Notes: generated by a model not told the origin, from the sequence alone. Positions 49,669 through 60,160 are shown, counted from the stretch's first letter. The stretch: DNA of 64,000 nt from Rhizobium sp. (GCA_036398815.1 DASWOH010000157.1:7072-71071), one strand, 5' to 3'. Numbers and translations are program-made.

Positions 49669-50355
49669 ATGCTTGCACTTGATGTTTCCGGTCTTGAAAT
49701 GCGGTTTCCAGGCTTGGCCGGACCGGTGCTGGCCATCGAGCGATTCCATCTGCCGGCAGGTGGCCGGCTTGCGATCACCGGTGCCTCCGGTTCCGGCAAA
49801 AGCACATTCGTGAATGTCATTACAGGCCTCGAGACAGTCACGCGGGGCAGCGTTTCCTGGAGCGGCACGGAGATCACGCGTCTTTCCGCTGGAAAACGCG
49901 ACGCATTCCGTGCGCGCAATATCGGCCTCGTCATGCAGGATTTCCATCTGTTTCCCGGATTGTCCGCCTTCGAGAATGTGGTGCTTCCGGTTCGGCTTGC
50001 GCGTCGGCTAACGCCTGCAGAGCGGGAACGCGCGCTTCGGCTGCTATCCGTCACCGGCATTGTCCGGCCGCAACAGAAGATCGAGACCCTGTCGCGTGGC
50101 GAGATGCAGCGCGTTGCTGTCGCGCGTGCGCTTCTGTCGCGTCCGGGCGTCATCGTCGCGGACGAGCCGACTGCGAGCCTCGATCGTCAGGCGGGCAATG
50201 AGGTTGCAGAGCTTTTGCTGCAGCTTTCCGCCGAAGAAGGGACGACGCTTGTCGTGGTCACGCATGATATCTCGCTTGCCGAGCGTCTCGGCCGCCGCGT
50301 CTGCCTGGCGAGCGGCCGCATCGAGGAAGACAGCCAAGAGGTTGCCGCGCAATGA
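49669..50355 (+). CDS. LolD/MacB-type ABC ATPase
   Basis: GASGSGKST, LSRGEMQR, ADEPTASLD, VTHD. Confidence 0.92.
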   Translation: MLALDVSGLEMRFPGLAGPVLAIERFHLPAGGRLAITGASGSGKSTFVNVITGLETVTRGSVSWSGTEITRLSAGKRDAFRARNIGLVMQDFHLFPGLSAFENVVLPVRLARRLTPAERERALRLLSVTGIVRPQQKIETLSRGEMQRVAVARALLSRPGVIVADEPTASLDRQAGNEVAELLLQLSAEEGTTLVVVTHDISLAERLGRRVCLASGRIEEDSQEVAAQ

Positions 50356-51617
50356 TGAATTTCATTCTTGCCGACCTGCGGCGCTTCTGGAGCGGGGCGC
50401 TCGCCGTCGTGATCCTGATTGCCTTGTCCGTTGCGTTGAGCGTGACCGTAACGCTTCAGGAGCGAGCCGTTCGGCTGGGCAGCGCGCGCGCTGCGGAGAA
50501 GTTCGATCTGCTGGTGGGGGCCGCCGGCAGCGAGACGCAGCTGGCGCTTTCCGCCGTGTTTCTGCAGCCGGCGCCGCTGCCGCTGATGGATGGCGCCGTC
50601 CTTGGCCGCCTCGCCAACGATCCGCGCGTCGAATTGGCGGCACCCGTCGGTTTTGGCGATTCAGCCTACGGATTCCCGATCGTCGGCACCACGACGAGCC
50701 TGATTTCGTCGCTTTCGCCGTCTCTTGCGCAGGGCGCGCTGTTTGCTCGTCTCGGCGAGGCAGTGGTGGGTTCGGACGTTGCGTTGTCGCCGGGCGCGGA
50801 AATCAAGCCTATGCATGGCACAGCCGAAACGGGGGGAGAAACGCATACGGCCATTGCCTATAAGGTGACGGGCCGCATGGCGCCGACGGGCACGGCCTGG
50901 GACCGCGCAATCCTGGTTCCGATCCGCGCCGTCTGGCAATTGCACGGCATGCACGCCGAGGAGCACCATGATCATGATGGCGAGGAAGCCGAGCTGCACG
51001 GCGCCGAGCCGCAAGATCAAAGTCATGAGCATGGTCATGTGGATGCCGATGCCCCCCTCGACGAGCATTTCGATGCGCAGACGCCCGATGTTCCGGCCGT
51101 TCTCGTCAAGCCGAAGACGATCGCTGACGCCTATCGCCTCCGACAGGAATATCGGACCGGGGCAACGCTCGGCGTCTTTCCGGCTGAGGTCTTGACCAGG
51201 CTCTACGCGACACTTGGCGATGCCCGCAGCCTGTTGCTGGCGATTGCGCTTGGGACGCAGGCGATCGTCATTGCCGCCATCGTGCTGGTGACAGTCATGC
51301 ATGTCGGGTCGAGACGACGGCAGATCGGGGCGTTGCGGGCCCTCGGCACGCCTGTCCGTTCGATCGTCGCAATTGTGTGGGGCGAGCTTTTCATCCTGTT
51401 TGCGGCCGGGATCATGCTTGGCATCGCACTTGGCTATGTCGCGGCGCTGGTAATTTCGGCGCGGCTTGCCGCATCGACCGCTGTCCATCTACCGGTCGGC
51501 TTCGCGTTCGACGATCTGTGGCTTCTGAGCGGCTTTCTGGCCGTTGCAGCGCTCATTTCCGTTGTTCCGGCATTCAGCGCCCTGCGCTCCAGTCCGACCG
51601 CCGCGTTGCGCGCCTGA
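50352..51617 (+). CDS. FtsX/MacB-type ABC permease with His-rich periplasmic loop
   Basis: DLLVGAAGSETQL.LS.VF, GEAVVG, GTAWDRAI, HAEEHHDHD...HEHGH, RRRQIGALRALG. Confidence 0.88.
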   Translation: MMNFILADLRRFWSGALAVVILIALSVALSVTVTLQERAVRLGSARAAEKFDLLVGAAGSETQLALSAVFLQPAPLPLMDGAVLGRLANDPRVELAAPVGFGDSAYGFPIVGTTTSLISSLSPSLAQGALFARLGEAVVGSDVALSPGAEIKPMHGTAETGGETHTAIAYKVTGRMAPTGTAWDRAILVPIRAVWQLHGMHAEEHHDHDGEEAELHGAEPQDQSHEHGHVDADAPLDEHFDAQTPDVPAVLVKPKTIADAYRLRQEYRTGATLGVFPAEVLTRLYATLGDARSLLLAIALGTQAIVIAAIVLVTVMHVGSRRRQIGALRALGTPVRSIVAIVWGELFILFAAGIMLGIALGYVAALVISARLAASTAVHLPVGFAFDDLWLLSGFLAVAALISVVPAFSALRSSPTAALRA

Positions 51618-51717
51618 CAGTTCGCTCGCAACAAGGCTGAGCCGTCGGCGAGACACAGCCGGTAACTCGCGTCACAGGCTGTGCCCCTTGGGTTTGCATG
51701 CGTTTTGCGGTGCGAGT

Positions 51718-52092
51718 CTAGCCGTGCGCGGCGCCGTGGCCATGGTCGCCATGGTGATGATCCTGGCTCGAGGGCGCATTCACGCCGACGTTGCCTGGGT
51801 CGAAGGAGTACGTCGAGGAAGGGACGGAGGCGAGGACCGCGGTGGCCTCATACAGATATCCCAGGCATCGTCTCTCCTGTCCATTGGAGCGTGCGTCGAC
51901 CGCCGCGGAATAGAGCCCCATGGCTTCACTCTTCTGTTGGCCATCCGGCGTTTCGCTCAATTCCGTTCTGGTGAGCCGAAGGTCTCCCGTGCAGGTGGGC
52001 GCTGCGAAGCCAGGAACAGATGAAGCCGCGAGGGTGGCAAGAGTCGTTCCGAAGAGGGCGAACACGATCGTTGGTTTGGGCATTTTGAACAT
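51718..52092 (-). CDS. Small secreted hypothetical protein with a Cys pair and His-rich tail
   Basis: GGAG RBS, signal peptide, two Cys, C-terminal DHHHGDHGHGAAHG. Confidence 0.65.
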   Translation of the reverse strand: MFKMPKPTIVFALFGTTLATLAASSVPGFAAPTCTGDLRLTRTELSETPDGQQKSEAMGLYSAAVDARSNGQERRCLGYLYEATAVLASVPSSTYSFDPGNVGVNAPSSQDHHHGDHGHGAAHG

Positions 52093-52568
52093 CTCAATCT
52101 CCATCAGGAGCTGTTGCCGGTTTTCTTGAACGGGCATGGTTCCGTGTTTCCGAAAGTGCGCCGGTTTGTGGAAACCCGCGCACGCTTCAGTCTTGGGCCG
52201 TTTCGTGCGATCTCGATATAATCTCAATCAATACATCGGAACTTTTTCGCCATGCCCGGCTAGGCGGCAGCGTGGTACTGCGCGATATCAGCCCCAATTT
52301 CGTTTGCCGCCCGATGCGCGGCGCTGTGTCCCGGAGCACACCGATCACGTCGGTTTCACCAAGAAGTGCACAACCGGTGAAGCGAGGCAGAAAAGCCAAC
52401 ATGATCAATAACATCTTGTATATATTCAATAATCCATGGAATCCAGGCACGCAACGATCCTCGTTTCCCTACCATTTGTTAATCTGGCTAAGCTTGTGCG
52501 TGGAATGTTCCCGTACAATATCTGCCGAGGGGGTAGTGCATCAGTCTTGAACCTCGAAGGCACCCTCC

Positions 52569-53321
52569 ATGCTACATGATCTGCCCCTGCTCGGGGCCAA
52601 ACCGAGACCTCTTCTTCTCCCGAAAAGTCCGATCTCGCGTAAGCTTGACACGCACATCACCCTCTCGCCCCAAGACAAGGCGGCCCTTGACTCGCTCGAA
52701 ATCCACAAGCGTTTCTTCATGAAAGGATGTGACATCATCCATGAGGGGCAGCAGCTCCAAACTGCATACGTCCTCTGCGCAGGCTGGGCGTGCTCCTATA
52801 AGCTAATGCGCAACGGAACGCGGCAGGTCATCAGTTTCTATGTTCCGGGCGATCTTATCGGCATTCGACGGCTGCTGCTGCCCCATTCCGATGACAACCT
52901 TTACGCCATAACACGCGTGGAGGTCGGGGAGATAAACGTCGAGGACCTGCTTGAAGCGTTTCATGGCAATGGCTGCCTTGCCATGTCGATACTCTGGTCT
53001 ACGTTGAGGGACGAGGCTATTCTCGTCCAGCATCTGGTCGACGTCGGCCGGCGCCGTCCCATCGACAGGGTGGCCCATTTCTTCCTTGAACTGAGCTCGC
53101 GATTGAGTGTCGTCGGTCTGGGCACGAAGACGGCATATCAATGTCCCTTGACCCAATCGCTGATCGCCGACGCGCTGGGTTTGACCGCGGTTCATTTCAA
53201 TCGCGTCCTCAGGCAGTTACGTGAGCTGAACGCAATGACATTTCATGAAGGATGGGTAAGGCTCCTCGACTCCAAAAGACTGGAGCGTCTGGCTGATTTT
53301 GATTCGTCGTACCTGCAATAG
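52569..53321 (+). CDS. Crp/Fnr-family transcriptional regulator
   Basis: GWACSYK..NG.RQ, PGDLIG, LTQSLIADALGLTAVHFNRVL HTH. Confidence 0.92.
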   Translation: MLHDLPLLGAKPRPLLLPKSPISRKLDTHITLSPQDKAALDSLEIHKRFFMKGCDIIHEGQQLQTAYVLCAGWACSYKLMRNGTRQVISFYVPGDLIGIRRLLLPHSDDNLYAITRVEVGEINVEDLLEAFHGNGCLAMSILWSTLRDEAILVQHLVDVGRRRPIDRVAHFFLELSSRLSVVGLGTKTAYQCPLTQSLIADALGLTAVHFNRVLRQLRELNAMTFHEGWVRLLDSKRLERLADFDSSYLQ

Positions 53322-53487
53322 CGAAGATGACCTGAAACGAAGAAAGGCCGGATGATATGTGGCATTTGCAGGGAGGCTGTCATGCGGATATCCAATAGGT
53401 ATCCCTATGCTCTGAGAAAGAAAAAAGTAGTTTTTCTTTTTCTCGCTGCCGCCCTATGGAAGGGGCGATCAGATGCAGGAGACACCG

Positions 53488-53901
53488 ATGAGATCCCTTT
53501 TCCACCTGGCCTATCATGTGACCGACCTGGATGAAGCGCGTGCCTTCTATGGCGGTGTTCTCGGCAACAAGGAAGGCCGTAGCACCGAGACCTGGGTGGA
53601 TTTCGATTTCTTCGGTCATCAGATCTCGCTGCATCTCGGAAAACCTTTCGAAGTCACGCGGACCGGGAAGGTCGGGGATCATATGGTGATGATGCCGCAT
53701 CTCGGCGTCGTTCTTCCGCTGGACGACTGGTTTGCATTGGCCGACCGTCTTGAAAAGGCGGGCATTGCCTTCGATATACCGCCGGTCGTCCGCTTCGAAG
53801 GACAGCCCGGCGAGCAGCGGACCATGTTCTTCTTCGATCCGAGTGGGAATCCGATCGAAGTCAAAGGCTTCAAGGACCTCGACAGCGTTTTTGCGCAATA
53901 G
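53488..53901 (+). CDS. VOC (glyoxalase/dioxygenase) family protein
   Basis: FHLAYHV, WVDFDFFGHQ, PHLG, DPSGNPIEVKGF. Confidence 0.9.
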   Translation: MRSLFHLAYHVTDLDEARAFYGGVLGNKEGRSTETWVDFDFFGHQISLHLGKPFEVTRTGKVGDHMVMMPHLGVVLPLDDWFALADRLEKAGIAFDIPPVVRFEGQPGEQRTMFFFDPSGNPIEVKGFKDLDSVFAQ

Positions 53902-53912
53902 GAGCCTTCGCA

Positions 53913-54857
53913 ATGAGGAAACCAATCGCCATTGTGACGCGTCTCGACGCGGCGGAGGAAGGGGAATGGCGGGATCGTATTGCCGCCCTCCTGCCGGGGG
54001 AGCGCGTCCTGTCCTTTCGCGACATGAGCGCCGAAGAGCGGCAGGGCGCCGAGATCGCCATCGTCGCGAATCCCGATCCCGCCGAGGTTGCCGCCCTGCC
54101 GGGGCTTGTCTGGGTCCACAGCCTCTGGGCGGGCGTGGAGAGGCTGGTATCCGAGCTGGGCGCGAGCGCACCGCCGATCGTGCGGCTTATCGACCCCGAA
54201 CTGTCGCGCGTCATGGCCGAGGCCGTGCTTGCATGGACCTATTATCTGCAGCGGGATATGCCGCTTTATCGCCGGCAGCAATCGGCAAAGCTATGGCAGC
54301 AACAGCCTTACCGTCCCCCATCCACCCTCAAGGCCGGGCTCCTCGGCCTGGGCGCTCTCGGGACCGCCGCGGCCGATCGGCTGAGCCATGCCGGCTTTGT
54401 CGTTTCCGGTTGGAGCAAGTCGCCGAAGTCGATCGACGGCATCGAATGCCTTCACGGCGACGAAGGACTGCGGCGGCTCCTGTCCCAGTCGGACATCGTG
54501 ATCTGCCTGCTGCCGCTCACCGCGGATACCACGGGCCTTCTGAATGCGGAACGGCTTGGCTGGATGAAGGACGGGGCCTCGCTCATCAATTTCGCACGCG
54601 GCCGAATCGTCGCCGTCCCCGCGCTCCTGGCGTGTCTGGATGCAGGTCGTCTCAGTCATGCCGTGCTCGACGTCTTCGACCAGGAACCGCTGTCCGAAGA
54701 TTCGCCCCTATGGGATCATCCGGACATTACCGTCCTGCCGCATGTTTCAGCGCCGACCGACCTGCAATCGGCAAGCCGGATTGTCGCGGACAACATCATA
54801 TCCTACCGGGAAACGAACGTGATCCCGCGCATCATCGATATCGCCAGGGGTTATTGA
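53913..54857 (+). CDS. ghrA: Glyoxylate/hydroxypyruvate reductase A family 2-hydroxyacid dehydrogenase
   Basis: GLGALG, LLPLT, INFARG, LDVFDQEPL, PHVSA. Confidence 0.85.
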   Translation: MRKPIAIVTRLDAAEEGEWRDRIAALLPGERVLSFRDMSAEERQGAEIAIVANPDPAEVAALPGLVWVHSLWAGVERLVSELGASAPPIVRLIDPELSRVMAEAVLAWTYYLQRDMPLYRRQQSAKLWQQQPYRPPSTLKAGLLGLGALGTAAADRLSHAGFVVSGWSKSPKSIDGIECLHGDEGLRRLLSQSDIVICLLPLTADTTGLLNAERLGWMKDGASLINFARGRIVAVPALLACLDAGRLSHAVLDVFDQEPLSEDSPLWDHPDITVLPHVSAPTDLQSASRIVADNIISYRETNVIPRIIDIARGY

Positions 54858-54921
54858 GCATATTTCGAAAGGAGATGTGGCGGGCTCCCGCCATGATCTG
54901 CTGCTGGGTGTAACGTGCGGG

Positions 54922-55806
54922 TTAAGCGCCGATCGTCAATCGCGCTTGCAGCGATTTGAAATGTGCGATCATGCGGCTCGAATCCGCCCGGCTGCCGGTG
55001 AACAGCTCGAAAGCGCCGACGGCCTGGAAAACCGCCATGCCGCCGCCGTCCAGCACCCTGCACCCTTTGCTCCTGGCGGCATTGACCAGTTCGGTCTCAA
55101 GCGGGAAATACACGATGTCGGCGACCCAGAAGCGGGCATCTATCAGCGTCTCGTCAAGCGGCAATCCGGGGTGACCCAGCATGCCGGTCGGGGTGGCGTG
55201 GACGAGGCCGGTCGCCTCCTTCAGCGCGCCGGGCAGATCCTTGCCCGCGACGAAGACGCAATGCGGATGCGCCGATTGAATTTGCGAGATCAGGGCACCC
55301 ACCCTCGCCGGATCGAGATCGTAAATCTCGATGGACTTCGCCCCCATGCCCGCGATCGCGTGCGCGACGGCAACGCCTGCCCCGCCCGCGCCAAGCTGGA
55401 CGACGCGCTCAAGAGAAGCGCCCGGCAGACCGCGGCGGAAGCTCTCGGCAAAGCCCCACCAGTCGGTATTGTGTCCGAACCGCCGCCCGTTGCGAAAGAC
55501 GATCGTATTGATCGAGCGAAGGACGGCAGCGTCCGCGGACAATTCGTCCACGAGCGCCACGGCGGCTTGCTTGCAGGGATGCGTGATGTTGAGCCCGGCA
55601 AAACCGTTCTTCTCGGCATTGTCGATCAGCTTGGGGAGGTCCGACACGGTGCAGCCGAGAGTCTGGAGATCGATGATGTCGTAGGTATAGTCGAGCCCGA
55701 GCCGTGCGCCTTCCTGCATATGCATGGCCGGCGAAAGAGACCCGCCAATACCCGACCCTATGAGGCCAACACGCAGCACACGCGGTGCGATCAATACGTC
55801 CGACAC
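54922..55806 (-). CDS. Shikimate/quinate dehydrogenase (AroE family)
   Basis: SLSPAMH, GLNITHPCK, NT, HNTD, LGAGGAG, ATPTGM, DIVYFPLET, MAVFQA. Confidence 0.92.
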   Translation of the reverse strand: MSDVLIAPRVLRVGLIGSGIGGSLSPAMHMQEGARLGLDYTYDIIDLQTLGCTVSDLPKLIDNAEKNGFAGLNITHPCKQAAVALVDELSADAAVLRSINTIVFRNGRRFGHNTDWWGFAESFRRGLPGASLERVVQLGAGGAGVAVAHAIAGMGAKSIEIYDLDPARVGALISQIQSAHPHCVFVAGKDLPGALKEATGLVHATPTGMLGHPGLPLDETLIDARFWVADIVYFPLETELVNAARSKGCRVLDGGGMAVFQAVGAFELFTGSRADSSRMIAHFKSLQARLTIGA

Positions 55807-55864
55807 AATTATCCTCCCACTCTCTCCAGAGCATCATCAACAAAATGACGATGGCAATAAAATG

Positions 55865-55880
55865 TACGAACTAGTTCGTA
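55865..55880. promoter_or_regulatory. Perfect palindromic operator TACGAACTAGTTCGTA (copy 1)
   Basis: 16-bp palindrome lying directly after a minus-strand TTGACA (55882-55887). Confidence 0.85.
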
Positions 55881-55933
55881 TTGTCAATGCAAAGCGCTTC
55901 GAAGAGATCCCGCCATGCCGAAGAAAGCAGATC

Positions 55934-56602
55934 TTATTCGCCAGTTCCGGGGGTTTTCAGAAAGGCGATGATCGCGTCGCAAATCATTGATTTGTGCCGC
56001 GCCTTGATGTCTTCCTCGGAAAGGTCGCGATTGAAGATGGCGCCGAATGTGTAGCGGTTCGAAACGCGGAAGAAGCATTGGGCGCTGATCATCATATGGA
56101 GATCGATGGGATCGACCTTCCGCAGGAAGCTGCCGTCCTCATAGCCGCGCCGCAATATGTCGGAGAGGATGTCGATCACGACGATATTCATCTCCGACAA
56201 AACGCTCGAGCGTTTCATATGCTCGGCGCGATGGATATTTTCAACGCTGACGAGCCGTACGAAATCGGGATTTTGATCGTCGTGGTCGAAGGTGCTTTCG
56301 ATCAATCGCTGCATCGCCTGCACGGGCGGCATGTTTTGCAGATCGAGCGCGCCTTCCAGGCTGCGGATCTTGGTATAGGCCTGTTCCAGCACCGCAAGGT
56401 ACAGCCCCTCCTTGCCGCCGAAATAATAGTAGATCATCCGCTTCGAGGTTTTGGTGCGCTCGGCGATCTCGTCGACGCGCGCGCCCGCAAATCCCGAGGC
56501 GACGAATTCTTCCGATGCTATGCGAAGAATGTTCTTCTTGGTGGCGTCGGGATCGTTCTTTCTCGATCGGCTTTCAATTTTCACCGATTGGGTCTTGTGC
56601 AT
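55934..56602 (-). CDS. TetR-family transcriptional regulator
   Basis: GFAGARVDEIAERTKTSKRMIYYYFGGKEGLY. Confidence 0.94.
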   Translation of the reverse strand: MHKTQSVKIESRSRKNDPDATKKNILRIASEEFVASGFAGARVDEIAERTKTSKRMIYYYFGGKEGLYLAVLEQAYTKIRSLEGALDLQNMPPVQAMQRLIESTFDHDDQNPDFVRLVSVENIHRAEHMKRSSVLSEMNIVVIDILSDILRRGYEDGSFLRKVDPIDLHMMISAQCFFRVSNRYTFGAIFNRDLSEEDIKARHKSMICDAIIAFLKTPGTGE

Positions 56603-56681
56603 GCCGAACTCGCCTCAAGGGGTGGAATCGAACCGTTCACAGGAGTATCCCCAGCATTGGCAGCCAGTCAAATAAGGCATG

Positions 56682-58571
56682 CTATCGCTTCGGCATGCCT
56701 GTCGGGCGCAGATGCCGCCTCAAGGCGGCGATGCGGAAGATGGCGTTTGCCGCGCCATATCCGCGGTAGCCGCTGCGCTGCACGACCTCGAAGAAGAACC
56801 CCTCGCCATAGGTCGGGCTATACATCTGGAAATATTCTCCATGCTCGTCCTTGTCATAGAGAATATTGCGGGATTTGAGACGGTCGGTGAATTCCGGGTC
56901 CAACCCGAAGCGGGCCTCGAGATCGTCATAATAGTTCGGAGAAATAGACAGCGTCACGAAACCGTTTCGCTTCAGCGTATCGGCGGTCGCAAAGATATCG
57001 GCGGTCGTGAATGCGAGGTGCTGGATTCCCGAACCGAGGGTCTCGGCGATGAAATGGCCGGCGAGCGTGTCGCGGTTTTCCGCGCCATTCAAGGTAATCC
57101 GCAGCGAGCCGGCGCTGTTTTCGACGACCTGGCTACGTACGACCCCGGCAGGATCGATGATGTCGATCATCGGCGTTTTACGGGCATCGAGGATCGACGT
57201 GTAAAACAACAGCCATGTCAGCAATTCCTCATAGCGCATGGTCTGCGCAACGTGATCGATCGTTTTCAGGCCAGCCGGCTCGGTGCTGCCGGCATCCTTC
57301 ACGGGAATAAATTCTATCTCCCAGATCCGTCCAAGTTCCGATTTGCGATCCAGGAAATAAATCAGGCCACCGCCGACGCCGTGAATGGCCGGCATTTCGA
57401 TCTCGCCCGGATCGAGCGGCTGCTGGAACCGCTCGGCCCCGAGCGCCACGGCGCGCTCCAGTGCTTCCTGGGCATCCTCGACCCACAGGCCCATCGCATA
57501 GGCCGATTTTCCGTGGACGAGATGGGAGGCGCCCGCGAATCCCCGCTCGTCGGTGTTGATGACGAGATTGATCTCGCCCTGCCGGTAAAGATCGACCTGT
57601 TTCGTCCTGTGGTGCCTGATCTTTTTAAACCCGAGCATCGCGATCAGGCCGGCAAGCTGCGACGCCTCGGTCTCGTCGACCGCAAACTCCACGAAGGCGA
57701 TCCCTTTGACATCGGCCTTGGCCGGCATGGCCGGCACGGAGAGCGAGTTCTCGCGTTCGATGCGCCGGACCTCATCGCCGAGGCAGATCAACGAGCGACG
57801 GCCGTCGACAGCGATCGCCGTCGGTGAGCCGCCGCGAAACTGATCGTTGAAAATCTCAAGCGACAGATAGCCGTCGTAGCCCGTCGCGGCCACCACCCGC
57901 ATGAAGTCGAGAACCGGCAATTCGCCCTCTCCCGGCATGTTGCGGAAATGACGGCTCCAATAGAGGAGGTCCATGTCGATCAGCGGGGCGTCTGCAAGCT
58001 GAATGATGAAGATCTTCTCTTTCGGAATCGAACGGATCGAGTCGACGCTGATCCGGCGCGACAGCGTATGGAAACTATCGAGGATCAGCCCGATATTGGG
58101 ATGGTCGGCGCGGCGCACGATCTCCCAGGCATCGCGGTGATCGTTGATGTGCCGGCCCCAGGCGAGCGCTTCATAGCCCACCCGCAATCCGCGTTTGGCG
58201 GCGCGTTCGCCGAGTTCGTGGAAATCGGCGGCGGAACGGTCGAGCCCACCCAAGGCGGCCGTCGACACATTGGAGCAGACAAGCACCAGATCGGTGCCCA
58301 TCTCTTGCATCAGGTCAAACTTGCGCTCGGCCCGATCGAAGGTGCGGCTGCGCAGCGGTTCGGGCATGCCCTCGAAATCGCGAAACGGCTGGAACAGGGT
58401 GATCTCCAGCCCGTGATCCCGGACAATCCGGCCGATGTCGCGCGGACTTTCGTCGAAGGCGAGGAAGTCGTTCTCGAAGATTTCCACACCGTCGAAGCCC
58501 GCTTTTGCAATCGCATCCAGCTTCTGCTTCAGGTCACCGCTGATCGATACAGTCGCAATCGAGGTCTTCAT
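56682..58571 (-). CDS. Two-domain sugar-phosphate-isomerase/HPPD-like 3-dehydroshikimate dehydratase (QuiC/QsuB type)
   Basis: GFDGVEIFEND, YEALAWG, DSFH, QLADAP, SLEIFND, plus HPPD-like IDHVA, GIQHLAF, FFFEVVQR. Confidence 0.88.
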   Translation of the reverse strand: MKTSIATVSISGDLKQKLDAIAKAGFDGVEIFENDFLAFDESPRDIGRIVRDHGLEITLFQPFRDFEGMPEPLRSRTFDRAERKFDLMQEMGTDLVLVCSNVSTAALGGLDRSAADFHELGERAAKRGLRVGYEALAWGRHINDHRDAWEIVRRADHPNIGLILDSFHTLSRRISVDSIRSIPKEKIFIIQLADAPLIDMDLLYWSRHFRNMPGEGELPVLDFMRVVAATGYDGYLSLEIFNDQFRGGSPTAIAVDGRRSLICLGDEVRRIERENSLSVPAMPAKADVKGIAFVEFAVDETEASQLAGLIAMLGFKKIRHHRTKQVDLYRQGEINLVINTDERGFAGASHLVHGKSAYAMGLWVEDAQEALERAVALGAERFQQPLDPGEIEMPAIHGVGGGLIYFLDRKSELGRIWEIEFIPVKDAGSTEPAGLKTIDHVAQTMRYEELLTWLLFYTSILDARKTPMIDIIDPAGVVRSQVVENSAGSLRITLNGAENRDTLAGHFIAETLGSGIQHLAFTTADIFATADTLKRNGFVTLSISPNYYDDLEARFGLDPEFTDRLKSRNILYDKDEHGEYFQMYSPTYGEGFFFEVVQRSGYRGYGAANAIFRIAALRRHLRPTGMPKR

Positions 58572-58682
58572 CTCAATTCCCGCTCCGGTAACGCGTGGGC
58601 GGCTTGGACGAGGATCGCCGTCGCCTCTATGTCTGGTTGGCGGTGCCGTCGCCACGGTGAGAACGGCGCCGCCATCTTGTCG

Positions 58683-60020
58683 TCAGATGGATTGCTTTCC
58701 CGCCGATGCCGGCAAGCCCTGGTTCTTCTGTCTGCCAAGCTGCGCCATCGGAATCTTGAAGGTCTCCGATGCCGTGGCGGCGGAAATCGCCGCGATCACC
58801 GCCGTGATCGAAGTGAAGGCTGCGACGGGCATCCAGCCGGTCGGCCCCGTGCCCAGCAGGGCGGCACTGATGGTCGGCGCGAAACCGCCAAGAGCAAAGC
58901 CGATCTGCGTGCCGATCGCCATGCCCGACAGACGCACGCGCGTGTCGAACATCTCCGCGTAAAGAGCCGGCCATACGCCGTTCGAGGCGCTATAGACGAT
59001 GCCGGACAACAGGATGCCGAGGACGAAGATCAAGGGCAGATCGCCCTGGCTGATCGCCCAGATGTAGGGCCAGATCAAAACGGCGCAGCCCAAGGCGCCG
59101 AAGATGAAGACAGGCTTGCGGCCGATCCGGTCCGCCAGCAGCGCCCAGAGAGGAATTGCCACGAGCGCGGCAACGTTCGCAAGGACGAGGACCGTCAGCA
59201 TCAGCGATCGGTCGATATGCATGGTGTTGACGGCATAAGACAGCGTGAAAACGCTGAAGATCGTGCTGACAACGGAGATCAGCGCGGCGAAGACGATACG
59301 AACAACATCCATCCAGTAATTGCTGAACAGCGTTATCAGCGGCATGCCCTCCACCTCGCCCTTCTTGGCTTCCTCGACGAAGGCCGGCGTTTCCGAAAGC
59401 GTCCTGCGCACCCAGAATCCGACGAAAACGACGACAACGCTCAGGAAGAACGGTATGCGCCATCCCCAGGCCAGGAGGTCTGCTTCCGACAGCCTGGCGA
59501 TCGGTATGAACACGAGCGTCGCGAGTATGAGGCCGGTCTGCGTGCCGCTGAGGGTGAAACTGGTAAAAAATGCCCGACGGTGTTCGGGTGCATGTTCAAG
59601 CGTCATCGAGTTCGCGCCGGCCTGCTCTCCGGCAGCCGAGATCCCCTGCAGCAGCCTTGCGATGACCAACAGTATCGGCGCCAGAACGCCGACATGATCA
59701 TAAGTCGGCAAACAGCCGATGATGAAGGTCGAAAAGCCCATCAGCAGCAGGGTGAAGGTCAGAACCTTCTTGCGGCCGAATTTGTCGCCGATGTGACCCA
59801 GCATGACCGCGCCGAGCGGGCGCGTGACATAGGCGACGCCGAAGGTCGCGAACGACGCCATGGCGGCGGCTTGCGGATCCGCGGATGAAAAGAAGATCTT
59901 CGGAAAGATCAGCGCGGCCGCGGTGCCATAAACAAAGAAGTCGTAATATTCCACCGCGCTGCCCAGCCAGCTTGCAAGCGCTGCGCGCTTCGGTGTCCTT
60001 ATTCCCGTTGATGTCTGCAT
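58683..60020 (-). CDS. MFS metabolite:H+ symporter (ShiA-like)
   Basis: GSAVEYYDFFVYG, GDKFGRK, WGWRIPF, AEMFDTRVR; GGAGG RBS before ATG 60020. Confidence 0.92.
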   Translation of the reverse strand: MQTSTGIRTPKRAALASWLGSAVEYYDFFVYGTAAALIFPKIFFSSADPQAAAMASFATFGVAYVTRPLGAVMLGHIGDKFGRKKVLTFTLLLMGFSTFIIGCLPTYDHVGVLAPILLVIARLLQGISAAGEQAGANSMTLEHAPEHRRAFFTSFTLSGTQTGLILATLVFIPIARLSEADLLAWGWRIPFFLSVVVVFVGFWVRRTLSETPAFVEEAKKGEVEGMPLITLFSNYWMDVVRIVFAALISVVSTIFSVFTLSYAVNTMHIDRSLMLTVLVLANVAALVAIPLWALLADRIGRKPVFIFGALGCAVLIWPYIWAISQGDLPLIFVLGILLSGIVYSASNGVWPALYAEMFDTRVRLSGMAIGTQIGFALGGFAPTISAALLGTGPTGWMPVAAFTSITAVIAAISAATASETFKIPMAQLGRQKNQGLPASAGKQSI

Positions 60021-60160
60021 GATGTCTCCTCCCAATGGACTATTGGATAAGCCGCCCTGCCAAGCCAGCCGACGGCGAATGGGAAGATTGACTGCGACGT
60101 CGGTCCTCCAACGCAAGACCGGCCAGACGGCACCCCTCCCAAGCTCCCTCCGTAATAATG

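Noticed and set aside
57948-59888. 646-aa plus-strand ORF
   Set aside because: Shadow of the dehydratase and MFS genes on the opposite strand.
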